A stretch of DNA of 63,534 nucleotides, filler included, from Asterionella formosa (Eukaryota), in the NCBI GenBank assembly GCA_002256025.1. It is 8 parts of 8 records of this genome, joined end to end, with 100 filler letters (N's around TTAATTAATTAA, not from the genome) between each part and the next. Parts side by side here need not be neighbours in the genome. Positions count along the whole stretch, not along the records: positions 19,093 to 38,074 come from NKIB01003878.1; 7 more parts are not named here. One strand, 5' to 3'. Positions 24,481 through 36,990 of this stretch are shown here, one piece after another. The number at the start of each line of letters is the position of its first letter. The stretch's first letter is position 1. The translations under genes and the position numbers were made by a program. The notes under the pieces were generated by a model, which ran no database searches, was not told the origin of the DNA, and worked only from the letters and a program-made list of their open reading frames with translations.

Positions 24481-25417
24481 GGAGATGAGATGAGATGAGA
24501 TGAAAATCGACATGGTCAGTGACTGACGATGATGAATATATAGAACTCCTGCATATAATGAACAAGAGGTGGCATAGCATACAAGAGGATGCATCGATAT
24601 GAAAATTTAACTGGTGAAAATTAAAGCTAAAAATATATCTAATGTCTGAAAAGTAATCTAAAATATCTCTATTATCAGAGCGCAAGGACGATATTATGTA
24701 TCAGATCACCAGAATTATTTGTGTTATAATACACACATGATATAATAATGTTTTATTATCAGAGCGCGCCCACTGGAGAACCAAAATCCACCGCCTCAGA
24801 GTTATCCAACAAGTATTATTGGAGGCAAATATGAATCTGGCCTTTCTGCTCCTCTAGTGTTGTCAACTACTTTACCATGCCATGATCTCTCACCAAGCTC
24901 TCAAAAGTTGGAAATTCGGAAACCATCCAGGGTCTAGCTGTCTAAGCGCTGTTCTTCTCAGAGTTCTTTCCTATAATTACTTCTGCCTCTGACAACAAAA
25001 ACCTCCACGGATATCTTCAACAACAATGCCAAGGCCTGTTATGATTGGGTCATCCCATCCAACGGGTTAATGGCCACAAAACACCTAGGAATGCCATTCT
25101 CCACTACCACATGGCTGTATGTTAGCCATCATCATGGCCTTGCATGTCTTTGTACAAACTGCAAATGGATTCTCTTCCTCCTACAATAGACAACCACATA
25201 AATCTTTATTTTGGGAGAATTCCAGAGGAGCGGGGCAAGCCTCCATTCATTTGGCTCTGCGTGACAAATGTTTTGCTCCAAGCCCTGAAAATCTCTATCC
25301 AAAGGGTTCACTGCAGATTTTCCCCAAGCCCTTCTATCCTCCTCCTCAGGGGAAGCCTTTGTTGAAGACACCGAGGACCTATGCTGCACAAGCAACTCTC
25401 TGTCTGGGTTCGACTTG

Positions 25418-25545
25418 CATCTACGCCGCGTAATATGTGAAGTGACCATCACGTAAATAAGCCTAGTTGATTTTGAATGGATCACATGAATTAGTTGAAT
25501 ACATCAAAAGGCTTACTTGAATTTATATATTATCTGAATACATCA
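25418..25545. repeat. Dispersed repeat, near-identical to 37946-38074; probable transposon terminus
   Basis: GCCGCGTA...GTGAAGTGACCATCACGTAAATAAGCCTAGTTGATTTTGAATGGATCACATGAATTAG is shared in the same orientation. Confidence 0.85.
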
Positions 25546-26504
25546 CGTTAATTATTTGATCAGAGAATCATGCATGCATTCCTGATCATCACTATATTAC
25601 ATGATCACCTTCACATAATTATTTGAAAGACTTTGATTAATTCTGTAATTTAGTTCACATTGCCTTATAATTTTGTTCACGTAATTCTATAATATAGTTC
25701 ATGTAATTTATTAAATGTGTTTATGTAATTTATATCAAATGATGTTGATTAATAATTCAACTACCGGTATTTCACATTATATCGGAAACAAATCTCGATA
25801 TTCAATCGAGCAAAGCTGCTCTATCAGAATAAAGTGGGACAAAAACTTGTAAGGGTGAAAATGGTCAACATTTCAATCCAGGGATGGCAAAGAGAAGGTG
25901 TAATAACGTTGGGAGAAATAGCTCGGCCTTGCCTCGCCCCGCCCACCAGATAGAAAGATTAGAGGGTCGTAGGCCAAGTGTGCGTTTGAGGCATGCTATC
26001 GCCTAGTCATATCAATCGCATCTCTAAGGCCCAAGTGCGATTAGATGTGGAGATTTCAGTTACTAAAAAATTTTATTTTACCCCTATCTAGCATCAAAAG
26101 AACTACGTGATGACAATGGAAACTGATAAATACATCAGCATTGGCTTAGGACATAAGAGCAACCAGGCGAATAAAGGGTACAAAATATGGGACCCACGCA
26201 ACAGGAAATAAAGTTTTATTCACTCCTTGAAGGAATGAAGCAGGCAAATATGCTGGTATTCGGCAAGAAGCGATAATGGTGGAAAGAGTGAAAAGCAGAA
26301 AAAGCTCAACTATCAGATAAATAGTTTGCATCAATTCTAACTAGACCAGGCAAACACCAAGAGTCACTATCTAGAATCCAAGGAACTGCATGATGATGAC
26401 TGATAAAGAAATTTAAGTTGGCTCAGCACACAGGGGCAAACAGATGGCTGCCCTTTATTTGGAAATAGAGTTTGATTCACTCCTTTAAGGAGCACTACAG
26501 CACA

Positions 26505-26615
26505 AGAACTACACTAGCCACAGCACAGCACTTAACAGCACTTAGAACTTACACTTAGCACTTAGCATTTACACTTAGTAGCATTTACACTTAGCACTTA
26601 CACTTTGCACTTTGC
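26505..26615. repeat. Degenerate short tandem repeat (CACTTAG/CATTTA units)
   Basis: cacttagcacttagcatttacacttagtagcatttacacttagcacttacactttgcactttg. Confidence 0.8.
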
Positions 26616-26839
26616 AGCAAGCATTTTCACGGTCCATTACACTTTTTGCAGAAATGTGCCCGAAAATGCATAATGAGTTAGTCGGGGGAACTCGGGATTA
26701 CTTTTTTTGACTGAATTTGTAGCAACTCAAATTTAATTTCTATCAATGATAGAAACTTTTCCTAACTAAATTTTCAATGATTCTTTTTAAGTATATTGAA
26801 AAACGAAAAATAAAGATAGATTTGTACTACTGTAGTACA

Positions 26840-27481
26840 TCTTTGTCAAGAAATCGGATGCATAATGCATCTGATGTATTTACATTTTCGACATGAAACA
26901 CATTATACATGCAACAAACCTTGTCTATACTTTGTACACTCCGTATAAGGCGCTATACATATTATATATGCTTGGCATAGATACTACTGGGCACTACCAG
27001 TTCTTGCATGTGTGTTTGTACAGGTGCCTGCGGTATGGGGTCAGTGAGACAGCAAGTCCATCTTGACCATGACGAAATTATGGAGTTGAATATCTTCCCG
27101 AATATTGACAATGAATAATACTTGTGTAGCTAGTTTATGTATACTAAGATAGACGAGATTATCGTTGAAAAATAAAAAATTTTGCACTAGTATCGACAAC
27201 AAAAAGTTAAAATCGGCGCTGGAAGTTGTTTATGGTCGTCATTTGGTCCGTTTTGAAGATACGACCAAAATCGAGACAGTGTTGAGTCCACGGTGATTAG
27301 CTTGATAAATTTGACTAGATAAAGAATTTCTATGTTTTGTAGAAATAGATGAGAAAACTTGAGCGACAGTATTCTCGGAGGGTACAACATTTCAAGATGG
27401 AACAAATTCATCTACATCAATTTTGTAGTGACTTTCATGTAGACACTAATTGTCATGGTTCATAGATCTATGGAAGCTTGA
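26840..27481. repeat. Dispersed repeat copy 1 (direct repeat with 33090-33612; 5' part also at about 59390-59607)
   Basis: Shared blocks such as GACCAAAATCGAGACAGTGTTGAGTCCACGGTGATTAGCTTGATAA (copies 1 and 2) and GTCAAGAAATCGGATGCATAATG (copies 1 and 3). Confidence 0.9.
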
Positions 27482-29356
27482 GTAGGGGGCTAAATATAGT
27501 CATAAATGCGACATCAATATTTACATGGTACATAATGCAATGTTATAGTTTATCATGTACAAAATTATTGCTATATACCGGTAGTAGAGTAGGTACATGA
27601 TAATCATTATTGCCTCCCGAACCCCCAACCTGTTGTCTGATTGGAATGGGAACGAAGATGAAGACCTTTCTCTTGAGAGGAGTGATCTATTTTCCGTATT
27701 GAAGGGTAATTATGCTGGCGAAATTGGCGAGTTTGCATGCTACACGAAGGCCAAAGCATTGGTCAATGTGTACGACAGGGTCTCCAATAAATCAGTTCTC
27801 GACCATGCCCGTTAGCCTTCCGAAATCAAGAAAATCGTTCCTTAGGACAATACTTCTCCTTAACCTTATTACTTCGAATCCTTTTTGAAGGATGAGGTCT
27901 GGATTAAGATCAAGATTGATCAGATTGCCGCATAGTTCATTGCTCATGGTCTAAATCACGAGTCGCCCATTCTTCTCGATTATTTTCGTGATCGTCTGTA
28001 TGCCGCACAACTTGAGTGTACAGAAGTAAGCGATCGCGCATTAGCCGCAACGCTTGCTTCAGACGAGCAGAATAGTAGTGAGAATTATTAATATTACTAC
28101 TATGGAATTGAATACCTCTTTATTTGTGGTCAATAAAAGAACCGATGGTAATAGGGATGTGGTATTCCATGTTGCTGCTTACCCACATACAACATATTCA
28201 TACAACATTTTTTACCAAAAACCGACAATGGTCATCTCGAAAAGCTTAACTGCCACCCGACTTGGGAAAGACATCTCAATTGTTCCAGTCCCACTTCGTG
28301 AAAACGCCAATTGTTTTGTCATGAAGTGGAAACTTCTAGTGTTGCTATATGGAAATAAGGGGAACTTGGACCTTAAGTTATTTCGCTTTTTCCTACAAGG
28401 TCTCCTCGGAGCCAACAAGAATGAGGCTTTGGATGTGGATAAACTACTTCCCATCATGTTGGAAAGAGTAGAGAAAATCAGGTGGTTGTCAGTGATCAAA
28501 AAGGGCGGAAAGAAGGTGGGATGGCATGTACTTGTTATTACACCTTGCAAACGTGAAGCGGCTATGAAGTTCTTCAAAGACGATTCCTGGCTCTCATTCA
28601 AATGTCGCCGCATTGATGATCTCTGCTTCTTTCTTGAAAAAATTGTTGAAGCCATGAAAGCTGTCTTATATCATGGAAGATGATACAATGCTCCAGATTT
28701 CTGGTGTTCCACCTGAAAAGGTATTTGTGTTGAACTTGTCCTTTCTGCCAGACACCTGCCTTTTTTCGACCAAAAACTGTCCTTTCCTGGGCATCGACCA
28801 ACAACAGATTATGGGTCAAGTCGGTACAGATCAGGCGACTTGGTCGCTTATCAGGGCCTCTTTTCGGGCAAAGAGGATCCTTGCCAAATGATTCAGGCAG
28901 ATGACAGGTGGCAATGCAACCAATGTCAGCAAAAGTATGCCACATAGCTGTAAATTATTTCACACTAAAGTCAATTTGTCAACGGTTCATCAAGAGCCAC
29001 ATTTTGAGAGCTGGTAATCAATGATGCTGTCATGTGCCTTCCTTGGGGATTGGATAGGTCCCTCGGTTCTGGTGGGTTCTCCATAAATGTCTGGGATGGA
29101 GAGTCATTCAACTGTAACTTTGACTTAGATCGAAAAGGTAAAGCAGCAAAGAATCAACATGCAATGTTACTTCGCATTCCTTTCAAGTGCATATTTTAAT
29201 GGGTAGTGATACATTTCATGCAGGTGCTATGCATGGACAATCACCTCACCAAAGGAGCTTTGAGACTTCATATGTACTTTTCGCCTGATTCCACTCCAGA
29301 GAAAAACTCAGTTGCAATCAGGAAACGAGCTGGGAATGCCACTAATACAAAAGGCT

Positions 29357-29700
29357 ATGAGGGGGTGATGGCCTTAACGCCATCATCACCAATTGAATTG
29401 GCATTGAGATCAAATGTAGTCATGACAGTATCGACCTTGAAGGCCTGTGTTGCTATTGACCTCGATGGGGTAATGGCCTTCGCATCATCATCACAAATTG
29501 AATTGGCATTGAGATCAAGTGTAGTCACGACAGAATCACCTTGAAGACCTGTGTTGATGGCCTCAGCACTATCAAGGCCAATAGAATTGAAATCGAAAGC
29601 AACTGTAGTCAATTCAGCATTGACCTTGACAGCCTTTACAATAGCCTGGCGCCAACAACATCAAATGAATTCTTTGGTACATCAAGTTTCGCTGCGACGC
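29357..29700 (-). pseudogene. Fragment of RNI-like leucine-rich-repeat gene
   Basis: VVTTLDLNANSICDDDAKAI and VMTTFDLNANSIGDDGVKAI repeats; no start, frameshifted. Confidence 0.75.
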
Positions 29701-30113
29701 CGCTCAAACTAGCCAAAAATTTGAGCGTATGCCGTTTTTAAGCGGTACCGGTATTTCGATTCGAATAACGACACTGGTCTATGATGTTCGTTTTTGTACA
29801 AGGCGACTCCATCAGCCGCCATGGCTGAAGTTATGTTCGAACAGCACAAAGGATGTCCCATTACGGGTTTCGATACCAGTACCCACGTTGAGATTGATTG
29901 TCATGGGTAAAATACATGGAAATACTACAGAGCATTTTCTACACATGCAGCAACATAAAACAGTAGCAAAAAAAATAGCAAGGCGTCTTACCGTGATAAA
30001 TTTATTTACTAGCGATGTACCAGTACCCATTTTGATACACCGCCAAGCAAGGAAGGTTTGTGTTGATATAGAGGAAAAAACTATATATTAACTGAAATTA
30101 TAGATCTTTCTCC

Positions 30114-31337
30114 ATGTGGAAACGAAACTTGTTTACATCCAGACCCGGTGGTTTGAAAGCCACTGGGAGGGAAGATATCTCAGACAAAAGCGAAGAAGTG
30201 GCTGACGAAGATGACAGTCACAGTCACAGTCAAAGCGACAGTGATAGTACTGACAGTTCTGCTATCGAAAAACAGCCTGAATTTGAAGAGGGCACCAAGT
30301 ATGACTTCAACAGCTGTGATATCGAAGAATTCGAAGGTGGAATGGGTACTGTCACAGAAGAACCTGGGATCTTGGAAAGCGTGGCTCTTTTAGCACTCGA
30401 TGACGGTATTCTCGTCAATCCACCAAATGAAACAAAAGTCAAGGTACGGGGGAATAATGATTTTGCTACGGATATCAAGACTGGGGAGATTGAAGGTATT
30501 CTTTGCGATTTGGAACAACGGAATTTTGGAGGTGGCGGAAGTCTCATGTGGTCAGCAAAAGATCGTCCATACTTTAAAGCTGATGGCATTCGAGTTACAA
30601 AGAAAAGATGCACATTTTTTCATTCCTGTAAATGTCCATTTGTAATTCGTGAACTATTCAATACCAAAACAAATTTGACCACAATTGAGATTGGTTATTT
30701 AAAACAAACACAACATAATGTTGTCAAGGATGGCATAAGAAAACGTATTCACAAATAATATTAGTCTGTGTTAATTACTTCCCCAAATAAATTGAACATG
30801 AAACCAGCATGTTGCATTGCTGAGGCTAGGGCAAGAGGAATTCCTGTTGATGAAAATTTGAAAAAGCGCATGAAACATCAACTCACTCGCTTACGCAATA
30901 AATCGGTTGGGCAAATAAATGGTCAAGGCAATAATTGGGGAGGAATCGCTGCTGTCCTTGAATCGTATAAGAAGGAAAATATCTTTAATTTCACGCAACA
31001 TTTGATGTACCTACTTGGCATAGACTGTCGACCAGATGACGACTCTTTCGTAGCTGTACTAACATCCGAGAATTTGTTGCTGAATGCGTACAGACAGCAA
31101 TTCTGGGGCAATCCAATCTTCTTTGCTGCTGATGCATCTTACAGACTGACACAAGAAGGAAACGGCGTTTTCCCAGTGATTACAACCAACTTGGCTCAAC
31201 AAACGAAAACGATTGCATATGGAGTGATAAGCCATGAACACCACAAAGCGCAAAGATTCATAGTATTTGCGTCGATTAAGTCTGCCTTGGAAGAGCTTGT
31301 TAGACATAAGAAAACTAATGATATTCCTATCCAGTAA
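30114..31337 (+). mobile_element. MULE (Mutator-like) transposase N-terminal half: acidic leader, WRKY/FAR1-like Zn finger, first catalytic Asp
   Basis: KRCTFFHSCKCPFVIR...QH, then FFAADASYRL...VFPVITTNLAQQTKTIAYGVISHE. ORFs 30114 and 30768 are in the same frame, separated by TAA (30756) and TAG (30762). Confidence 0.75.
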
Positions 31338-31379
31338 TGACAACTATTATAATCACTACTAGTTCTTTTCTAAATATAG

Positions 31380-32906
31380 TCATCCTTTAAAATCTAAGTC
31401 ACCTCCACATTTCGCATTTTTTATTCGTCCAGAACCTTTATTCTTAATGCTAGGCTTTGGATGCATTGTCTTTGGAAAGGTTGAAATAATTCCATGGTCA
31501 AATGCAAAAGCACATGCATGTTTACAACACGCATTTGCTAAATACGTGTGACAATGGCAAGATATGAGGCCTTCATTTCCCATTGCTTCCAAGCTATTAA
31601 TTGTAATGGGTCCCAATCCACACACTCCCAAAATTCCTAAAAGGTTAGTTAGAGCAACATCATCGTTTTCACTCTTGGACACAATAGGTTCAATAAGGTG
31701 AAACATACGGGTGAGGGAAAGGACATCATCAAATATGTGGTAAGCGGAATACTGTTCAGGATTTCGGAGAAGGCGCTTGTAGTCATCATGCATTTTGTTC
31801 TTCTTTCTCAATTGCATAACAGCAGTTAGTGCAGTAACTGATTCTGTGTTACCAATATAAAGATATCTCGTTCGAGATTGGGATAGTTGACTGTGCTGTG
31901 ACAATGCAGTTGCAGTATTCTGGGACTGCATTGTTTGCAAAGTAGAGGACATAATATTTAGGTCCACAAATGACGATGTCCCAATCAACAATGAACCCTC
32001 TCTGATTCTAATTGCATCACACTTGAAATCAAATGTCACCGTGAGAAATATAGCTTCTCCAATTTGGCTTTTCTCAAGAAGCCTATATATAGACTGGTAG
32101 AAATTGATCGAGTGTACCGATGAGTGTAAAGTGGAGCAAGATGATAGATCCCCCTTGGAACGATCCTCTAATATGTAAGACATGTTATGAATGAAGTTAG
32201 CCGTTAAAGGCTTCCTGTGGTCAAAGAATGATTTATCACCACTGTTGATGCCCTCTGAATTGTTGTTGTGTGCAGGCAAACCACCACGAAGTAGATTGGA
32301 ACTGTTCAATTCAATTCTGGTGTGAATGGTGGGACCCGATTGTTTCAACCATGCAGTTGCAACTTCCTTTTCCTTTTATGTGTTGATCCACTTGAAAATC
32401 ATCAAATCGCGAAGGATTGGAATTAGCTGTATGCAGGGACTTCTTTTATATGCCTCAAAGTCTTCACCCATTCTCTTCTTGTTTTTTCTTATTTCTTGAA
32501 CTTTCCTCTATGCTTCTTTACCCATGCATTCCAGGCATGATAAGAGCACATACCAAATGTAAATTCGGCATTTGGCCAAATCTTGCTTCTTGACAGCCTT
32601 GTGACAAGCTAAAGTATTGTGACAAGCTAAAGAATAATCAGTCATTGTCTGTATGATAATGTCTGGTGAGTCTGATTCCCAGCACCAAGGAGTGTAGCCA
32701 AGGGAAAGAGTAAAATGGTCAGTGCATACTGGAGTGCCGACTGCAGGTGAAAATGGCAGGATGGAAAAGTCAATGGGGTCTACCCCTTTTTTCCCAGAAG
32801 AGGAAGCACTCCTATCATCTGACGAACTAGCTCCTGAACTCTGCAAGATGCTATCATCCTCCTCAGAGGAGGAGGAAGTGTGAGATGAGTTAGAAGAACT
32901 AGACAT
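31380..32906 (-). mobile_element. MULE transposase C-terminal half: second Asp, CxxH, catalytic Glu, SWIM finger
   Basis: ATG 32906 and Ser/acidic leader, then QTMTDYSLA, (frameshift) MCSYHAWNAW, GLPAHNNNSEGIN, CHCHTYLANACCKH and GRIKNAK. Confidence 0.75.
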
Positions 32907-33089
32907 TTCGTATTTGTGGAGCGACTTTTGAAAGGAAGTAAGAATGCATGGATACAGACGACAATTCCAAGTATAATGCCGAAATGTATGATGTGGACTT
33001 TTTAACGCCAAGTAGCTAGTAATGACAGACCTGTAGGATTACATGTGAATTGCAACTGCTGGACAACACATGTATGTAGTATTGTATAT

Positions 33090-33612
33090 TATACACCGGT
33101 ATGCTTGGCATACATACTACTGGGTATGTACTACCAGTACTTGCATGTGTGTTTGTAAAGCTGCCTGTGGTATGGGGTTGATGAGACAGCAACTCCATGA
33201 CGAAATGATGGAGTGAATATCTTTACGAATATTGACAATGAACAATTTCTATTTCGCACGTGTATGTAAACTAACATAAATAAGATTATCATTAAATAAT
33301 AATTTTTTTTGCACTAGTATTGACAAGAACAAGTTAAAATTGGCGCTGGAAGTTGTTTTTTGTCGTCATTTGGTCAGTTTTGAAGATATGACCAAAATCG
33401 AGACAGTGTTGAGTCCACGGTGATTAGCTTGATAACTTTGAGTAGATAAAGGTTTTCTATGTCTTTTAGAAATAGATGAGAAAACTTGAGCGAAAGTATT
33501 CTCGCCGGAGAGGGTACAACATTTCAAGATGCAACAAATTCCTCCATGTCAATTTGTAGTAACTTTCATGTACACACTAATTGTCATTGTTCATTTTTCT
33601 TTGGAATCTTGA
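33090..33612. repeat. Dispersed repeat copy 2 (direct repeat of about 26960-27481)
   Basis: About 500 bp collinear similarity readable by eye. Confidence 0.9.
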
Positions 33613-36029
33613 TAAGGTCATTTGACAGCTTACTATAGACATGCTTTCAGCTGTTCAACAATAGATTGCTTGTTTGTTACGCAAATAAAAACTTCGCATT
33701 GCGGAAATGATCACAAACTCCCCTGACTGATGGTTTATGCATTTTCCGACACTTTGATGCAAAAATTGTATTCTTTCAAACTTTCACCATCGTCTGTAAA
33801 TAATAAAAATATCATGAAAATATGATCAAGGGTATTGTACGCTAAGTGGCACAGGATTTTCACATATATGATAGTTTTTCGATCAAAGATATGATCAATG
33901 TATCATATAATTATGATCATGCAGTAAACTTTTACCGAGCTTGAAGTATGATGAGACTATCATAGTTATAATACCATTGCATCATATAATTAGTTAAACA
34001 TGGTCATATGATGTGTATACTTTTGTCATACATCTATCTTAGCATGATCGTAATTCTCATCGATATCACTGTCTAAAATAGGATGAAATTGATCGAAATT
34101 TAAAACCATATTGAGCTAAGAATGGTTCTATGATTCTATATCTTGAGTGGCTACAGAATGTTCTACAATGCTCTCATCGCAATGATTGTTGGTGCCGCTT
34201 TCACTTCCACCTCCCCCTCCCCCAATCCAATTCTGAAGGTTGTTGTACTGGTTGCCTTGCCGTTGTTCCCCTGCTTGCTTTGTTCCATTTACTCCTGAGG
34301 GTTGTTCTGAGTTTGCATTCACGCATTTTCCTATTACTATTGAATCCGTTTCGTTGTTCCAATCAGCCATACTAACAAAGAGAAGCAATTCATTGTTAGC
34401 TGTTCATGTTTTGCTTACACAACAACATTCATTTCGCTTCTATCTTCACTTACTACCACAAATTGAGGAAGTAACTGATGCATATTTTGTAGAAGAATGT
34501 GTCAGTCGAAGATTGAATGATAAGCAAAGTATCGATCAATAAATGGCCTCCAACACTGCTCTTTGTAACTTACAAATACTGTTTGTCTACCATTATCCTG
34601 AAAGAAGCAACACATATGTGTCATTCTTTCTAACAGTTGTAGATTGATCCAAAGTTGGCTGATAGGCAGCACCTACCGATTTCTTTTGTCCACATTGATG
34701 GTTGGCCAGCCACCAAATCGAAAAGGAGCTATTGAATCACTGAAAAGGGGCGAGTCATTTCGTATTTGTAATCCCAGCAATTGATCATCTTGGCATTTGC
34801 TCTTGACAAACCGTGATGCCATCCACAGCTTGTTGATTCCGCCCTTCTCCATCATATTCACTCATTATTATCGTGCTGTATTGTCACTTCAGTTTTTCGC
34901 ATCATGTGTTGCTTGAGATCCTTCATTTGAGTAAGTGGATGCAGCATGACAAGGAACATGAAAGGCATTTGATCTTGACTTACCATCAATTAATTCCGCC
35001 CTTCTCTTCTAAGCTGCAATTATCATTGTGCTTTATTATCACTTTCGTTTTCCGCGTCATCATCTGTGTTAATTCTTCAATTCAGGAGCAAAGTGCATGC
35101 ATGACAAGGAGCATGAAAACATGATTTCAAATGTTTCAGCCATGAGTACATATATATAAAGATTTTTATGAACTTTAAATGTATATATAGTTGAACATTT
35201 GCATAGTTTTAAACACAGTCATTACATGGCATATCCTGTGTATACTATCAATTTTGATTATACATAATTCAAATATATACAATGCATGATGAGTTCATAG
35301 TTTTTCACGACCTGTTGAGTTTTTTCATTTGTTTTGTGTCAATTCTTGTACTGTACCTACAAGTCAGTGGCTGATTTAATTAAGCCCCTTAATAAATGGG
35401 AGTCATCACCAATTTTTCAAATGGTCGTAATCATACATTTATGTATATAGACATATTGACCAAAATTCATATGGCCTACCGGTAGTACTGTATAATTGCT
35501 GGAAATTACTTCCATCATGGAAATACCACAATAGTGCAGCGGATTCTGAATATGCTCATGTGTTTAGGATCATTTGATCATATTTTTAAGATTAATTAAT
35601 CCTGATTCTTGAAAATAAAATTTGATCATTCATTTTCTCATCAACGACACCGTTTATCATATGATCAATATGTTATGATCAAAGTTATAGGATAAACAAA
35701 TCTAAATTTATTGATTAAAGATCATAGTTTATACCGGAGTAGTTGCTCATGCATGCAACCCCTTCCCCCCTGTATACAGTACGGAAGTGATAACCCCCAA
35801 GCTACCAAATTTTTATGTCTTGAAAGAATTATCGCAGCATGCATGCATACATGACTCCTACTGGTGTATACAATGCGGAAATGATGACCACCAGACTACC
35901 AATCCTATAGGTCCTGTAGAATTATCGCAACATGGCTGCATATCTAATGAAAGGGCGGGAGGAGTCATCCATGCTGCACCGCCTGTATAGTATGAAATAT
36001 GGAAATGGTCAAATATAGCTAGTCTACAC

Positions 36030-36990
36030 AAGGAGCAGTGCATCATATATGCCCTGTTATTTTAATTCCTATGAAATCTCTTGATCTGTTCTGCGCGTTT
36101 TCGCCACCACAATTGTTTTCATTGGCTGTTTCACTGGACAGCATTCGAATTGATTGTGCTTTGAACAAAGCAATGATCAAAGTCCACCCCATTGCAGAAT
36201 GTGGAGTCTCACAAATAAGTATCAGCCAGTGGATTAAAATTGGACTGTCTTTTGTGCACCCTTGCTCGTTTTGTTTGTATTTGACTTGGCAGCTGTCAGC
36301 CAAGAGCAGCCATGGCATGCCACCATTTATTGTCTATACGAATTTTCGAATGCGTTCAGCTATGATAACTTTTGCTCCCCCCTCCTAAACACTATCTCAC
36401 TAGTACCCTTGTCATAGATTTTTCTTTATCTTTTGGCTTCACAGGCCCAGGTCGCTCAATGCCTTCAACTGCAAGTTCAGCCAAGCACGTTGGCGTCAAG
36501 AAAACCTCAACCCCGATTTTCCTCACATGCTCCACCCATCGACTTCTTCATTGATGAAGTCGAGGTAGCTATATTGACGACATCAGTGGCACAGGCTTGT
36601 GTATAGCTAGATTGATGATGCCGAAAGCATTGCTTCCTTTCCCATAGTAGGTACCTATTTGTCAACATTGTTTAGGTCAATCTATTCTTGTTCCCGCAAG
36701 ACCAGGAGCAATTATCCCTTTACTTCTCCTCCCAAGAACCTTCATTTCTCTTTCATAATTCTCCTGATGTTTGCAGAGCATTTCTTGGTTCTTCCCTTTT
36801 GATTTTCCACTGGTTTCGATCCCTTTTGGATTCAAGTCAAGAAACAAGCAACTCATTGAGATTTCTGGAGGTCTCGGTCAGTGGCACCATAAAGCAACAA
36901 TCAACAGATCATGGCGGCTGTTCTACATTTTCTGTAGCAAGTGACATTCAAGAAGTGTCTGGGATCATTGGGGAGAAAAATTAATAGGAT
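36030..36990 (-). mobile_element. Highly decayed IS630/Tc1-like DDE transposase C-terminal remnant
   Basis: EGSWEEK*KG*LLLVLREQE*ID, LDFINEE and GVEVFLTPTCLAELAVEGIE resemble EGWxGKxKGLxQVLWERG, DFxNE and TPKxHxELAGEGIE. Confidence 0.6.

Larger units (their letters stand above)
21797..24771. mobile_element. PIF/Harbinger transposon (two convergent ORFs), decayed
   Basis: Boundaries inferred from the interrupted RT reading frame. The right end GAGCGCGCCC is Harbinger-like; the left TIR was not found. Confidence 0.75.
21580..25420 (+). mobile_element. Decayed non-LTR retrotransposon RT region (21580-21796 and 24772-25420), interrupted by a Harbinger element
   Basis: SSPSGRHITLYK...IPFKLGFAPARW...IIFE continues after the insertion as TGEPK-IHRLRVIQ...EANMN...NNAKACYDWVIP...LGMP. 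These are typical algal non-LTR RT motifs. Confidence 0.75.

Noticed and set aside
26505..26615. CACTTAG repeats as possible interstitial telomere
   Set aside because: The units do not match TTAGGG-type repeats and are irregular.
27597..28891. ORFs of 72, 209 and 72 aa between the direct repeats
   Set aside because: They look like a decayed coding region, but no family could be assigned; mentioned only as possible cargo.
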